Shown piece after piece: positions 1 through 8,661 of a DNA stretch of 35,741 nt. The notes below the pieces were generated by a model, which was not told the origin of the DNA, ran no database searches, and was given only the letters and a program-made list of their open reading frames with translations. Every line of letters starts with the position of its first letter. Position 1 is the first letter of the stretch. Origin of the DNA: Limnohabitans sp. Rim8 (lineage in GTDB: Bacteria > Pseudomonadota > Gammaproteobacteria > Burkholderiales > Burkholderiaceae_C); assembly GCA_945877725.1 (NCBI GenBank), contig CAMDXR010000001.1, forward strand, positions 1 through 35,741, given 5' to 3'. A program made the position numbers and the translations under genes.

Positions 1-1128
1 ACCATCGACGAAGACCAATGGCAGTGCGCCAACCGCGCCATGTATTGGCTGTGGAGCGAATACGGCTTGCGCAAAGTGCCCGCCCGAAAACCCTTTGAAG
101 ACAGACCCGCAGGCGAAAAACCCCGCGTCAACATCATCGGGCCTTGCTATGGCACCTTCAACAGTGCCAGCGATCTGGCCGAAATTAGGCGTCTGGTGCA
201 AGGCATTGGGGCCGAAGTCAACATGGTTTTCCCCTTGGGCAGCCACTTGGCCGATGTCTCTCGCTTGGTAGAGGCCGATGTGAACATCTGCATGTACCGC
301 GAGTTTGGTCGCATGTTGTGCGAGGCGCTGGAGCGGCCCTATATGCAAGCGCCGATCGGCTTGCATAGCACCACACATTTTTTGCGCAAGCTGGGTCAGT
401 TGTTGCACTTGGACCCCGAACCCTTTATCGAGCGCGAAAAACACACCACGCTCAAGCCCATGTGGGATTTGTGGCGCTCGGTGACGCAAGACTTTTTTGC
501 CACGGCCAGTTTTGCGGTGGTGGCTGGCGAAACCTATTCGCGCGGCCTGAAAAACTTCCTCGAAACTGAAATGGGCTTGCCCTGCCGTTTCAGCGTGTCA
601 CGCACTGCAGGCACCAAGACCGACAACGTCACTGTTCGGGAACTGGTCAAGACGCAAACGCCCTTGATCATGTTTGGCAGCTACAACGAACGCATGTACC
701 TGAGCGAGATATCCGGTGGCAGCCCCATGCGCGCAGCCTTCATTCCGGCATCGTTTCCGGGCGCCATTATTCGTCGCCACACCGGCACGCCCTTCATGGG
801 GTACAGCGGTGCCAGTTATGTGATCCAAGAAGTGTGCAACGCCTTGTTTGACGCACTGTTTCACATTCTTCCGCTGGGCACCGATATGGATAAGGTTGAG
901 GCCACACAGGCGCGCGGCGTCATGGCCCCCAACGCCAACTGGCAAGACGAAGCCCAGCAACGCCTGCGCGACGTGGTGCAAAGCCAACCGGTATTGGTAC
1001 AGATATCGGCTGCCAAGCGCTTACGCGACCAAGCTGAACAGTTGTCGCAGGCCGCAGGCCAAGCGGAAGTGACAGAAGACCATGTCAACGCGGCCAGCCG
1101 CGAGCTGGGTTTGGGGGTGGCGGCATGA
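1..1128 (+). CDS. bchZ: Chlorophyllide a reductase subunit Z (5'-truncated by window edge)
   Basis: Frame is open from base 1. Motifs include [51 protein letters not shown] and a C-terminal [14 protein letters not shown]. Lies directly upstream of puf, as in canonical bchCXYZ-puf. Confidence 0.95.
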   Translation, partial: TIDEDQWQCANRAMYWLWSEYGLRKVPARKPFEDRPAGEKPRVNIIGPCYGTFNSASDLAEIRRLVQGIGAEVNMVFPLGSHLADVSRLVEADVNICMYREFGRMLCEALERPYMQAPIGLHSTTHFLRKLGQLLHLDPEPFIEREKHTTLKPMWDLWRSVTQDFFATASFAVVAGETYSRGLKNFLETEMGLPCRFSVSRTAGTKTDNVTVRELVKTQTPLIMFGSYNERMYLSEISGGSPMRAAFIPASFPGAIIRRHTGTPFMGYSGASYVIQEVCNALFDALFHILPLGTDMDKVEATQARGVMAPNANWQDEAQQRLRDVVQSQPVLVQISAAKRLRDQAEQLSQAAGQAEVTEDHVNAASRELGLGVAA

Positions 1129-1157
1129 ACGCCTTTACCCCATACAACACACAAAAG

Positions 1158-1178
1158 GGTGCCGAATGTATCGGCACC
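1158..1178 (+). promoter_or_regulatory. Stem-loop upstream of pufB (possible 5' mRNA stabiliser/processing site)
   Basis: GGTGCCGA-atgta-TCGGCACC, a perfect 8-bp inverted repeat. Function inferred. Confidence 0.45.
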
Positions 1179-1271
1179 TGCAACAAGATGTCGTGGCCTT
1201 TGGCTGCGGATGCCCATCTGCGCGGGCTGTGCGCACCCCGGGTCGCAAGGCCTCGTTAACAGGAGCAAAAA

Positions 1272-1415
1272 ATGTCAACCAAGACATCAATATCCGGACT
1301 TTCCGATGAGGAAGCCCAGGAGTTCCACCACTACTGGATGCAAGGCACCGTAGGCTTTACAGCAGTTGCTGTTTTGGCCCACATCCTGGTCTGGGCGTGG
1401 CGTCCCTGGTTCTGA
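1272..1415 (+). CDS. pufB: LH1 beta polypeptide (47 aa; missed by ORF track)
   Basis: Manual translation: [47 protein letters not shown]. Has SGL..EAQEFH, the BChl-ligand His in AH and terminal WRPW. RBS AGGAG at 1261-1265. Confidence 0.96.
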   Translation: MSTKTSISGLSDEEAQEFHHYWMQGTVGFTAVAVLAHILVWAWRPWF

Positions 1416-1459
1416 TTCAGAACCTGTTTTTTCACCCATAGATTGACGGAGTCACTGTC

Positions 1460-1684
1460 ATGCAAAACACAACCCAACTCAATGAGGACCATTCGCGTGC
1501 GGATGAATCCCCAGCGTTCTGGTCTATTTTCCTTATCGGTTTCGGATGTCTGTTCGTGGTCGTCGTACTGGCCAAACTGGTCGGCGTTCATTGGCGGGAT
1601 CTGCTGCCCGGTGCAGAAGATGCCAAGAGCATGAGCCAAGGCGTGAAAGCTGCGGTGTACACCTTCATGTCCCACATCATTTAG
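1460..1684 (+). CDS. Small single-TM membrane protein between pufB and pufA (possibly PufQ-like)
   Basis: 74 aa, GGAG RBS, hydrophobic segment [24 protein letters not shown]. Its stop overlaps the pufA RBS. Size and topology resemble PufQ, but identity is not established. Confidence 0.65.
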   Translation: MQNTTQLNEDHSRADESPAFWSIFLIGFGCLFVVVVLAKLVGVHWRDLLPGAEDAKSMSQGVKAAVYTFMSHII

Positions 1685-1694
1685 GAGATTCACC

Positions 1695-1904
1695 ATGTGG
1701 AGAATTTGGCGACTTTACGACCCTTTGCGTGCCATGGTACTGCAAGGAATTTTCTTGTTTGGACTGGCCGCGATGATTCACCTCATCTTGCTCAGCACCA
1801 ACAAATTCAACTGGCTCGACGGAGCGAAAAAACCCGTAGCAGCATCGGCGCAAAACTCGCCGCTGCCTACTGCGGTGGCTTCCATCGCCGCGCCCAAAAC
1901 CTGA
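1695..1904 (+). CDS. pufA: LH1 alpha polypeptide with Ala/Pro-rich C-terminal extension
   Basis: [10 protein letters not shown]...[18 protein letters not shown] with conserved His and Trp+11. RBS AGGAG at 1683-1687. Confidence 0.96.
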   Translation: MWRIWRLYDPLRAMVLQGIFLFGLAAMIHLILLSTNKFNWLDGAKKPVAASAQNSPLPTAVASIAAPKT

Positions 1905-1920
1905 TTCAGGTTTTGCCATC

Positions 1921-1958
1921 CAGATGCTGTTCTTGAACTTGTTTCAAGACGGCATCTG
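1921..1958 (+). promoter_or_regulatory. pufA-pufL intercistronic stem-loop
   Basis: CAGATGCTG-t-TCTTGAA-cttgt-TTCAAGA-CGGCATCTG. Same position as the hairpin known to stabilise pufBA mRNA in Rhodobacter. Confidence 0.7.
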
Positions 1959-1987
1959 TTCAATCACAGATGCAGGAGGACCAAGCC

Positions 1988-2824
1988 ATGGCCATGCTAA
2001 ATTTTGAGAAAAAGTACCGTGTTCGCGGTGGTACCCTGCTGGGTGGCGACTTGTTCGACTTCTGGGTCGGACCCTTTTACGTCGGCTTTTTCGGCGTTAC
2101 AACCCTTTTCTTTTCGTTTCTAGGTACGGCACTGATCTTGTGGGGCGCCTCACAAGGTCCTACCTGGAACATTTGGCAAATCAGCATTGCACCGCCTGAT
2201 TTGTCTTACGGCTTGCGCTTTGCGCCCCTGATGGAAGGTGGCCTGTGGCAGCTCATCACGGTGTGTGCCATTGGTGCCTTTGGCTCTTGGATGATGCGCG
2301 AGGTTGAAATCTGTCGCAAGCTGGGCATGGGCTTCCATGTACCCGTGGCTTTCGGTGTGGCCATTTCGGCTTATGTCACCTTGGTCGTGATTCGGCCAGT
2401 GCTGATGGGCGCTTGGGGACACGGGTTCCCTTACGGCATTTTTAGCCACCTCGACTGGGTCTCCAACGTGGGCTACCAGTATCTGCACTTTCACTACAAC
2501 CCGGCACACATGATTGCCGTGAGTTTCTTTTTTGCCAGCGTTTTTGCCTTGTCGCTGCATGGTGGCTTGGTTCTTTCCTCCACCAATCCACAGCCTGGAC
2601 AAGCGGTCAAAACGCCAGAGCATGAAGACACCTTTTTCCGCGACTTCATCGGTTATTCAGTAGGCACATTGGGTATCCACCGAGTGGGCCTGTTCCTGGC
2701 ATTGGCTGCTGTCTTGTTCAGTGCCTTGTGCATTGTGCTCAGTGGCCCCTTCTGGAGCCGTGGTTGGCCCGAGTGGTGGAGTTGGTGGCTGAACATGCCC
2801 ATCTGGTCCCAGTGGCCTCTCTGA
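1988..2824 (+). CDS. pufL: Photosynthetic reaction centre L subunit
   Basis: [50 protein letters not shown]. Start placed at ATG 1988 after AGGAGG. Confidence 0.98.
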   Translation: MAMLNFEKKYRVRGGTLLGGDLFDFWVGPFYVGFFGVTTLFFSFLGTALILWGASQGPTWNIWQISIAPPDLSYGLRFAPLMEGGLWQLITVCAIGAFGSWMMREVEICRKLGMGFHVPVAFGVAISAYVTLVVIRPVLMGAWGHGFPYGIFSHLDWVSNVGYQYLHFHYNPAHMIAVSFFFASVFALSLHGGLVLSSTNPQPGQAVKTPEHEDTFFRDFIGYSVGTLGIHRVGLFLALAAVLFSALCIVLSGPFWSRGWPEWWSWWLNMPIWSQWPL

Positions 2825-2873
2825 TTTGGCTTGCAAGCACAGCGACTGTTATATGAATTGAGGAGTACAGCAT

Positions 2874-3851
2874 ATGGCCGAATATCAAAACCTGTTCACT
2901 ACGGTACAAGCCGTGGGGCCGGTGCACCACGGGGTGGAGCTCGGACACGGCAACAGCCCGCGAACCGGGCAACCTGTCATTAATTACTGGCTAGGCAAGT
3001 TGGGCAACGCCCAACTCGGCCCTATTTACTTAGGAGGCCTTGGCTTGGCCTCCTTGATCTGTGGCTTGATCGCCTTCACCCTGATCGGCATGAACATGCT
3101 GGCCTCGGTTAATTACGATCCGGTGCAGTTTGTGCGGCAACTGTTCTGGCTGTCACTGGAGCCACCACCGCCCAGTTATGGCTTGAGCTTGCCGCCCCTC
3201 AACCAAGGGGGTTGGTGGTTGATTGTGGGCTTGTTCCTCACGGCCTCGCTGTTTTTCTGGTGGGCACGAACCTATCGCCGTGCGATTGAGTTGGGCATGG
3301 GCACTCACATTGCTTGGGCCTTTGCTGCCGCTATTTGGTTGTATTTGGTGCTCGGTTTGTTCCGCCCGATCCTGATGGGTTCTTGGGGTGAGGCTGTGCC
3401 CTATGGCATCTTCCCCCACCTGGACTGGACGGCGGCCTTCTCGCTGCGCTACGGCAACCTGTTTTACAACCCCTTCCATGCGCTTTCAATCGTATTTCTT
3501 TACGGTTCAGCCTTGTTGTTTGCGATGCACGGCGCTACGATTTTGGCCGTGACCCGTTACGGTGGTGAACGCGAAATCGAGCAGATCACCGACCGTGGCA
3601 CAGCCTCCGAACGTGCGGCCTTGTTCTGGCGCTGGACCATGGGGTTCAACGCCACCATGGAGTCGATTCACCGTTGGGCTTGGTGGTTTGCCGTGTTGTG
3701 CCCCATCACAGGCGGCATTGGCATCTTGCTGACCGGCACGGTGGTGGACAACTGGTATTTATGGGCCATCAAACACGGGGTGGCACCGCCTTACCCAGAA
3801 ATATTCCCAGCGATGGTTGACCCCGCTCTGAGCACAGGAGGCAAGCCATGA
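2874..3851 (+). CDS. pufM: Photosynthetic reaction centre M subunit
   Basis: [59 protein letters not shown]. Confidence 0.98.
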   Translation: MAEYQNLFTTVQAVGPVHHGVELGHGNSPRTGQPVINYWLGKLGNAQLGPIYLGGLGLASLICGLIAFTLIGMNMLASVNYDPVQFVRQLFWLSLEPPPPSYGLSLPPLNQGGWWLIVGLFLTASLFFWWARTYRRAIELGMGTHIAWAFAAAIWLYLVLGLFRPILMGSWGEAVPYGIFPHLDWTAAFSLRYGNLFYNPFHALSIVFLYGSALLFAMHGATILAVTRYGGEREIEQITDRGTASERAALFWRWTMGFNATMESIHRWAWWFAVLCPITGGIGILLTGTVVDNWYLWAIKHGVAPPYPEIFPAMVDPALSTGGKP

Positions 3852-4927
3852 GCACGCACACATTAAACCCATCCCGTGCCGGCTTGCTGTCGGCAGGTAC
3901 AGCCCGCATATTCAAGGCGCTGAGCCTGGCTGTTGCAGGTCTGGTGTTGGCGGGCTGTGAGCGGCCCATTCCGGAGTCGGTGCAAAGTGGTTATCGGGGC
4001 ACAGGCATGGTGCAGGTGTACAACGCGCGCTTGCTCGAAGTCAAAACCGAAAAAAACCAGCCGCCTGTGGCGCTACCCGCCGCTGGATCAGAAGGGCCCA
4101 AAGCCTCTCAAGTCTATAAAAACGTCAAGGTTTTGGGCGATTTGAGTGTGGGTGAATTCAACCGCCTCATGGTGTCCATGACCAATTGGGTCGCTCCGCA
4201 AGAGGGCTGTGCTTATTGCCACCAACTGCCCAATTTTGAAGACGACAGCAAGTACACCAAAGTGGTGGCCCGACGCATGGTCGAGATGACGCAACACATC
4301 AACGCCGACTGGCAGCCCCATGTGGCACAGACCGGTGTGACCTGCTACACCTGCCACCGTGGCGAGCCTGTACCCAGTGCGATCTGGTTCAAGGCCGATC
4401 ATCAACCCTACGGCTCTAACTTCATGGGCGACAAGTCAGGACAAAACACCCCTTTAGATGTGGTCAATTTGTCATCCTTGCCCAACGACCCGTTCACGCC
4501 GTTTTTGCTGGGTGACCAGAAGATTCGCGTGAATGGCCCCACGGCCTTGCCATCGGGCAACAGAATGTCTATCAAGCAGGCCGAATGGACCTATGGTTTG
4601 ATGACCCACATGTCGACCGCGCTGGGCGTGAACTGCACTTATTGCCACAACACCCAGTCTTTCCAGAATTGGGAAAACAGCCCGCCGCAACGCGTCACGG
4701 CTTGGCACGGTATCCGCATGGCGCGGGACCTTAACCTGACTTACATGGAGCCCTTGACCGAGGTTTTCCCAGCGAACCGCAAAGGACCCTTGGGCGATGT
4801 CGCCAAGCTCAATTGCGCCACTTGCCATCAGGGAGCCTACAAGCCTCTGAACGGTGCGGCCATGGCAAAGGACTATCCGGAGTTGTTGAAACCCGCATTG
4901 GCTGCTGCCAAAGTGGCTGCCAAGTAA
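3848..4927 (+). CDS. pufC: RC-bound tetraheme cytochrome c subunit (lipoprotein)
   Basis: Lipobox LAGC-ERP and four CxxCH motifs (CAYCH, CYTCH, CTYCH, CATCH). ATGA overlap with pufM. Confidence 0.97.
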   Translation: MSTHTLNPSRAGLLSAGTARIFKALSLAVAGLVLAGCERPIPESVQSGYRGTGMVQVYNARLLEVKTEKNQPPVALPAAGSEGPKASQVYKNVKVLGDLSVGEFNRLMVSMTNWVAPQEGCAYCHQLPNFEDDSKYTKVVARRMVEMTQHINADWQPHVAQTGVTCYTCHRGEPVPSAIWFKADHQPYGSNFMGDKSGQNTPLDVVNLSSLPNDPFTPFLLGDQKIRVNGPTALPSGNRMSIKQAEWTYGLMTHMSTALGVNCTYCHNTQSFQNWENSPPQRVTAWHGIRMARDLNLTYMEPLTEVFPANRKGPLGDVAKLNCATCHQGAYKPLNGAAMAKDYPELLKPALAAAKVAAK

Positions 4928-4934
4928 TTAGCCA

Positions 4935-5768
4935 TTGCCCCTTGCCGGACACACTGCTGTGGACTCACTCACCAGCCTTCAAGAGCCACTGTCCGGCGTG
5001 GTCGTGGTGGTGTTGGCAGACTTCATGCGCCAACACCAAGGCTGGGGTTGGTTGCGTTTGGTGGCGGGGGGCACACCGTACAAGGATGTGCCCGGTCTGA
5101 CGCAGGTTAAGGTCATGGGCAGTGGGCATGGCGGAGGCTTCAGTTTGCGGCCCAGTGCTACGCACCAAGGTTTGATCTGCACTTTCAGCCATCTTGATCT
5201 GGCACTCCAATTTTTGAGCAGTTCATGGGTTCAGGCTTATCGGGACCGTGCCCGGGAGTGTTGGACCGGCGTGTTGGCGGTGCAATCGGCCCGGGGCCAC
5301 TGGGACAAGCAAGCCTGGCAAGCCACAGCACCCGAGGCCTTGGGTGCGCAGGCGCCGCCCAGTGGACCCTTTGCCGTGCTGACCCGCGCCAGCATCGTGC
5401 CCACCAAAGCCATGGCCTTTTGGCGTTACGCCCCTGCTGCACAAGCCGATCTGAAAGATGCGGCGGGTTGTTTGTTGGCCATGGGCCTGGGCGAAGCCCC
5501 GTTGGTGCGCCAATGCACCTTCAGTTTGTGGCAAGACACGGCCTCGATGCTGCAGTACGCGCATCAGGGTGCACACCAGGTGGCCAGTGCAGCAGCCTAC
5601 AAACATCAGTTTTTTTCAGAATCTCTGTTTGTCCGCATGCAGGTCTTAAAGATGTCCGGTGTCTGGCTGGGTCGGTCATTTGACACGCAGGAAAGCGATG
5701 CGGTTGACACCTCGATTTCTAAGGTCCAAGCCTTGCATTCGCATGATCGGGAGTTGAGCCATGCGTGA
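4935..5768 (+). CDS. crtA: Spheroidene monooxygenase (start codon uncertain)
   Basis: KVMGSG.GGGF, ARGHWD, LTRASI, FW..AP, GLGEAPL..QCTFSLW, YAH.GAH, FFSESLFVR. Confidence 0.85.
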   Translation: MPLAGHTAVDSLTSLQEPLSGVVVVVLADFMRQHQGWGWLRLVAGGTPYKDVPGLTQVKVMGSGHGGGFSLRPSATHQGLICTFSHLDLALQFLSSSWVQAYRDRARECWTGVLAVQSARGHWDKQAWQATAPEALGAQAPPSGPFAVLTRASIVPTKAMAFWRYAPAAQADLKDAAGCLLAMGLGEAPLVRQCTFSLWQDTASMLQYAHQGAHQVASAAAYKHQFFSESLFVRMQVLKMSGVWLGRSFDTQESDAVDTSISKVQALHSHDRELSHA

Positions 5769-7293
5769 GCACAAGGTGGTCATCGTGGGGGCCGGCATGG
5801 CGGGGCTGAGCAGCGCGATCCAATTGGCGCACCAAGGCTTGGACGTCACGGTACTCGAAACTTCCGATGCGCCGGGAGGCAAAGTGCACAGCCGTGAAGT
5901 GGGTGGGGTGGCCATAGACAGTGGCCCCACGGTGTTCACCATGCGCTGGGTCTTTGACGAGTTGTTGCAAAGCGTGGGCACCAGCCTTGAAGCAGAGATG
6001 CAGATCACACCTTTGCAGGTGCTGGCCCGACATTTTTGGCCCGACGGCAGTCGTCTCGATTTATCGGCCGATGCGCGCCAGAGCGAAGCCGCCATAGCGG
6101 CTTGGGCCGGGCGCACTGAAGCCCGTCGTTTCCGAGATTTTTGTCAAACCACGCGGCAACTTTACGCCACGTTGGAAGGCCCCATGATCCGGTCGCAGCG
6201 TCCGCAAATGGGCGGCTTCATGGCCAACTTGGGTTTGGGCGGCTTGGGGGTGTTGGCGCGTTTGGGTCCCATGCGCAGCCTTTGGCAGCAACTGGGGCAT
6301 CAGTTCACCGACCCGCGACTGCGCCAGTTGTTTGGCCGTTACGCCACTTATTGCGGTTCGTCGCCTTGGTTGTCCCCAGCCACCTTGATGTTGATCGCGC
6401 AGGTTGAGATGGACGGTGTCTGGTCGGTAGAAGGGGGCATGGTCGGCATGGCCCGATCGCTGGCCCGTGTGGCCCGGCGCAAGGGGGCTGTGTTTCGCTA
6501 CAACACCACTTGTCAGCAAATTGAAAAGCGCCAAGGCAAGGTATTTGGCGTGCACTTGCAGACGGGTGAATTCATCCCGGCGGACCGTGTCATCTTTAAC
6601 GGCGATGTAGCGGCTTTGCGCAATGGTTTGTTGGGCGATGCTGTGCGTGATGCCGTGCCCAATGCAGCACCGCCCCGCTCGCTTTCGGCCTTGACTTGGT
6701 CCTTGCACACCCCGGCAGAAGGCGTGGCACTGGACCGGCACAACGTGTTTTTTCAGGCCGATTACGCCAGCGAATTCGACGATATCTTCGGACAACACCG
6801 CTTGCCCAAAACACCCACGGTGTACGTTTGCGCGCAAGACCAGCCCCAGGGCGTTTCGCTCGGCGCTGCCGAGCGCCTATTTTGTTTGGTCAACGCCCCC
6901 GCCTGCGGAGATGGCAACGAAATCACCGAGGAGGCCCTAGAACAATGCCAAACCCACACCTTCAAGCACCTGGCCCGGTTGGGCCTGCGTTTGCAGCCAA
7001 CGACGGACAATTGCGTCAGGACGACACCCCGGGACTTTCATCAGCGATTTCCGGCCAGCGGCGGAGCCCTGTACGGGCAGGCGACGCACGGCTGGACGAG
7101 CATCTTCTCCAGACCTGGCTCCACAACGCCCCTGCCGGGCCTGTATCTGGCGGGGGGCAGTGTGCACCCGGGACCCGGGGTGCCGATGGCGGCTTTGTCC
7201 GGGCAACGGGCGGCAGAGGCCGTGATGGCGAGCCTCGGTTCGACCAAAACGTACCCGATGGAGGCTACCTTTGGTGGTATGTCGACGCGATGA
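5761..7293 (+). CDS. crtD: 1-hydroxycarotenoid 3,4-desaturase
   Basis: GAGMAGL FAD motif, DSGPTVFTMRWVF, DPRLRQLFGRYATYCGSSP, GGSVHPGPGVPMAALSG. Adjacent to crtC. Confidence 0.93.
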   Translation: MREHKVVIVGAGMAGLSSAIQLAHQGLDVTVLETSDAPGGKVHSREVGGVAIDSGPTVFTMRWVFDELLQSVGTSLEAEMQITPLQVLARHFWPDGSRLDLSADARQSEAAIAAWAGRTEARRFRDFCQTTRQLYATLEGPMIRSQRPQMGGFMANLGLGGLGVLARLGPMRSLWQQLGHQFTDPRLRQLFGRYATYCGSSPWLSPATLMLIAQVEMDGVWSVEGGMVGMARSLARVARRKGAVFRYNTTCQQIEKRQGKVFGVHLQTGEFIPADRVIFNGDVAALRNGLLGDAVRDAVPNAAPPRSLSALTWSLHTPAEGVALDRHNVFFQADYASEFDDIFGQHRLPKTPTVYVCAQDQPQGVSLGAAERLFCLVNAPACGDGNEITEEALEQCQTHTFKHLARLGLRLQPTTDNCVRTTPRDFHQRFPASGGALYGQATHGWTSIFSRPGSTTPLPGLYLAGGSVHPGPGVPMAALSGQRAAEAVMASLGSTKTYPMEATFGGMSTR

Positions 7294-8153
7294 GTGACGA
7301 TGGACAGCATGGCATCACCCTCATTGCCTTTGTTGGCAGTGTGTTTTCGCCTTATTACGCTTGGGCTGGTAAGCGCGGCAGGGCCAACCCTGAAAACCAT
7401 TGCGCACTCAATGTGGCCATTTACAGCAAGGGCAAGGGACGCTGGGCCATGACCGAACGCGGCCAACGCCATTGCGCCCGCAGTGCCACTCAATTCACGA
7501 TTGGACCCAGTCAATTGTCCTGGGATGGCGATTGCCTGAGCATCGACATCAACGAGGTGTGTGTGCCCTTGCCGCAGTCTATTAAAGGGCGCATCAAGCT
7601 TTGGCCGCAGCAGTTGTTTGGTTATTCAACGCCCTTGGATACCCATGGCAAACACCGTTGGGGACCGTTGGCTCCGTCCGCTCGCATCGAGGTCGATCTG
7701 GCCTCTCCCGGGCTGAAATGGGAGGGACACGCCTACCTTGACTCCAATGAAGGCGATGAACCGGTGTCGCAGGGCTTTCATACCTGGGACTGGTCGCGTG
7801 CCCGCATGCGCGATGGCAGCACGGTGGTGTTTTATGACATGCAGGCTCCGGGCACCGCAGACCGAGTCTTGTCATTGCGGTTTACTCCCCGAGGCGAGGT
7901 GCAGAGCGTGGCCCCGCCGCCCGCCCAAAGCCTGCCCAAAACGGCTTGGCGCATACAGCGCCGCATGCGCAGCACTCAGGCTGTGAAGGTGCACGAACAA
8001 CTGGAGGACACGCCGTTTTATCAGCGTGCCTTATTGCAATTTGAATACGCGGGCGAGCGTTTGCTTGCCTTTCATGAAACCCTGTCGGTGCCGCGTTTGG
8101 TGTCACCGGTGGTTCAAGCCATGCTGCCTTGGCGCATGCCGAGGCGGGCTTGA
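6945..8153 (+). CDS. crtC: Carotenoid 1,2-hydratase (hydroxyneurosporene synthase); start proposed inside crtD
   Basis: PRFD..VP.GGYLWWYVDA.SDDG, IAFVGSVFSPYY, RWAMTERG, HRWGP.AP, GHAYLDSN.GDEP, LEDTPFY, MLPWRMPR. ATG 6945 is preceded by GAGGAGG; start position is less certain than gene identity. Confidence 0.88.
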   Translation: MPNPHLQAPGPVGPAFAANDGQLRQDDTPGLSSAISGQRRSPVRAGDARLDEHLLQTWLHNAPAGPVSGGGQCAPGTRGADGGFVRATGGRGRDGEPRFDQNVPDGGYLWWYVDAMSDDGQHGITLIAFVGSVFSPYYAWAGKRGRANPENHCALNVAIYSKGKGRWAMTERGQRHCARSATQFTIGPSQLSWDGDCLSIDINEVCVPLPQSIKGRIKLWPQQLFGYSTPLDTHGKHRWGPLAPSARIEVDLASPGLKWEGHAYLDSNEGDEPVSQGFHTWDWSRARMRDGSTVVFYDMQAPGTADRVLSLRFTPRGEVQSVAPPPAQSLPKTAWRIQRRMRSTQAVKVHEQLEDTPFYQRALLQFEYAGERLLAFHETLSVPRLVSPVVQAMLPWRMPRRA

Positions 8154-8251
8154 GATGAATTTCCCTGAACTCAGGGTTCCCCCATTCCTGGCCATGGTGG
8201 CCAAGAATAGCCCTCGTGCGGGCCGTGCACGTCTTCTGCAAGGAGAAAACT

Positions 8252-8404
8252 ATGTCTAACTCAGACAAAGTCTGGCCAACGGGACTGACCGAGGCCGAAT
8301 CGGAAGAGATTCACCGTAATCTCATCCAGGGCACGCAGATATTCGGCATGATTGCCGCATTTGCCCATCTGCTGGCCTATATCTATTCACCCTGGCTCAA
8401 GTAA
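8252..8404 (+). CDS. pucB: LH2 beta polypeptide (50 aa)
   Basis: MSNSDKVWPTGLTEAESEEIH...AHLLAYIYSPWLK. RBS AAGGAG. Confidence 0.93.
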   Translation: MSNSDKVWPTGLTEAESEEIHRNLIQGTQIFGMIAAFAHLLAYIYSPWLK

Positions 8405-8415
8405 GGAGGCACAAC

Positions 8416-8610
8416 ATGATCTATTCGAAAATGTGGTGCGTGGTGAAACCATCGGTTGGTATTCCAGTGTTCATTGCTGCTGTGGCCATTGCGTCCTTCA
8501 GCGTGCACCTGGCCCTGACCTTGAACACCTCTTGGGTGAAAAACTTCCTCAACGGTGGTGCCAAAGTCGTTGCAGTCGCAGCGCCGGCGGATGCCGCGGT
8601 GAAGAAGTAA
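8416..8610 (+). CDS. pucA: LH2 alpha polypeptide (64 aa)
   Basis: KMWCVVKPSVGIP...VH(31)...W40, Ala-rich tail. RBS AAGGAGG. Confidence 0.93.
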   Translation: MIYSKMWCVVKPSVGIPVFIAAVAIASFSVHLALTLNTSWVKNFLNGGAKVVAVAAPADAAVKK

Positions 8611-8653
8611 CGGGTGCAACCCGACGAACGACCAGACGCGCAAGCGTCTGGTC
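8611..8653 (+). promoter_or_regulatory. Tandem hairpins between pucA and pucC (mRNA stabiliser/attenuator)
   Basis: CGGGT-gca-ACCCG (8611-8623) and GACCAGACGC-gcaa-GCGTCTGGTC (8630-8653, 10-bp stem, GNRA loop). Confidence 0.65.
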
Positions 8654-8661
8654 CTTCTCTC

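Noticed and set aside
1820-1904. Ala/Pro-rich C-terminal tail of PufA (and of PucA) as a novelty
   Set aside because: Similar extensions are known in Rubrivivax-type antenna alpha chains.
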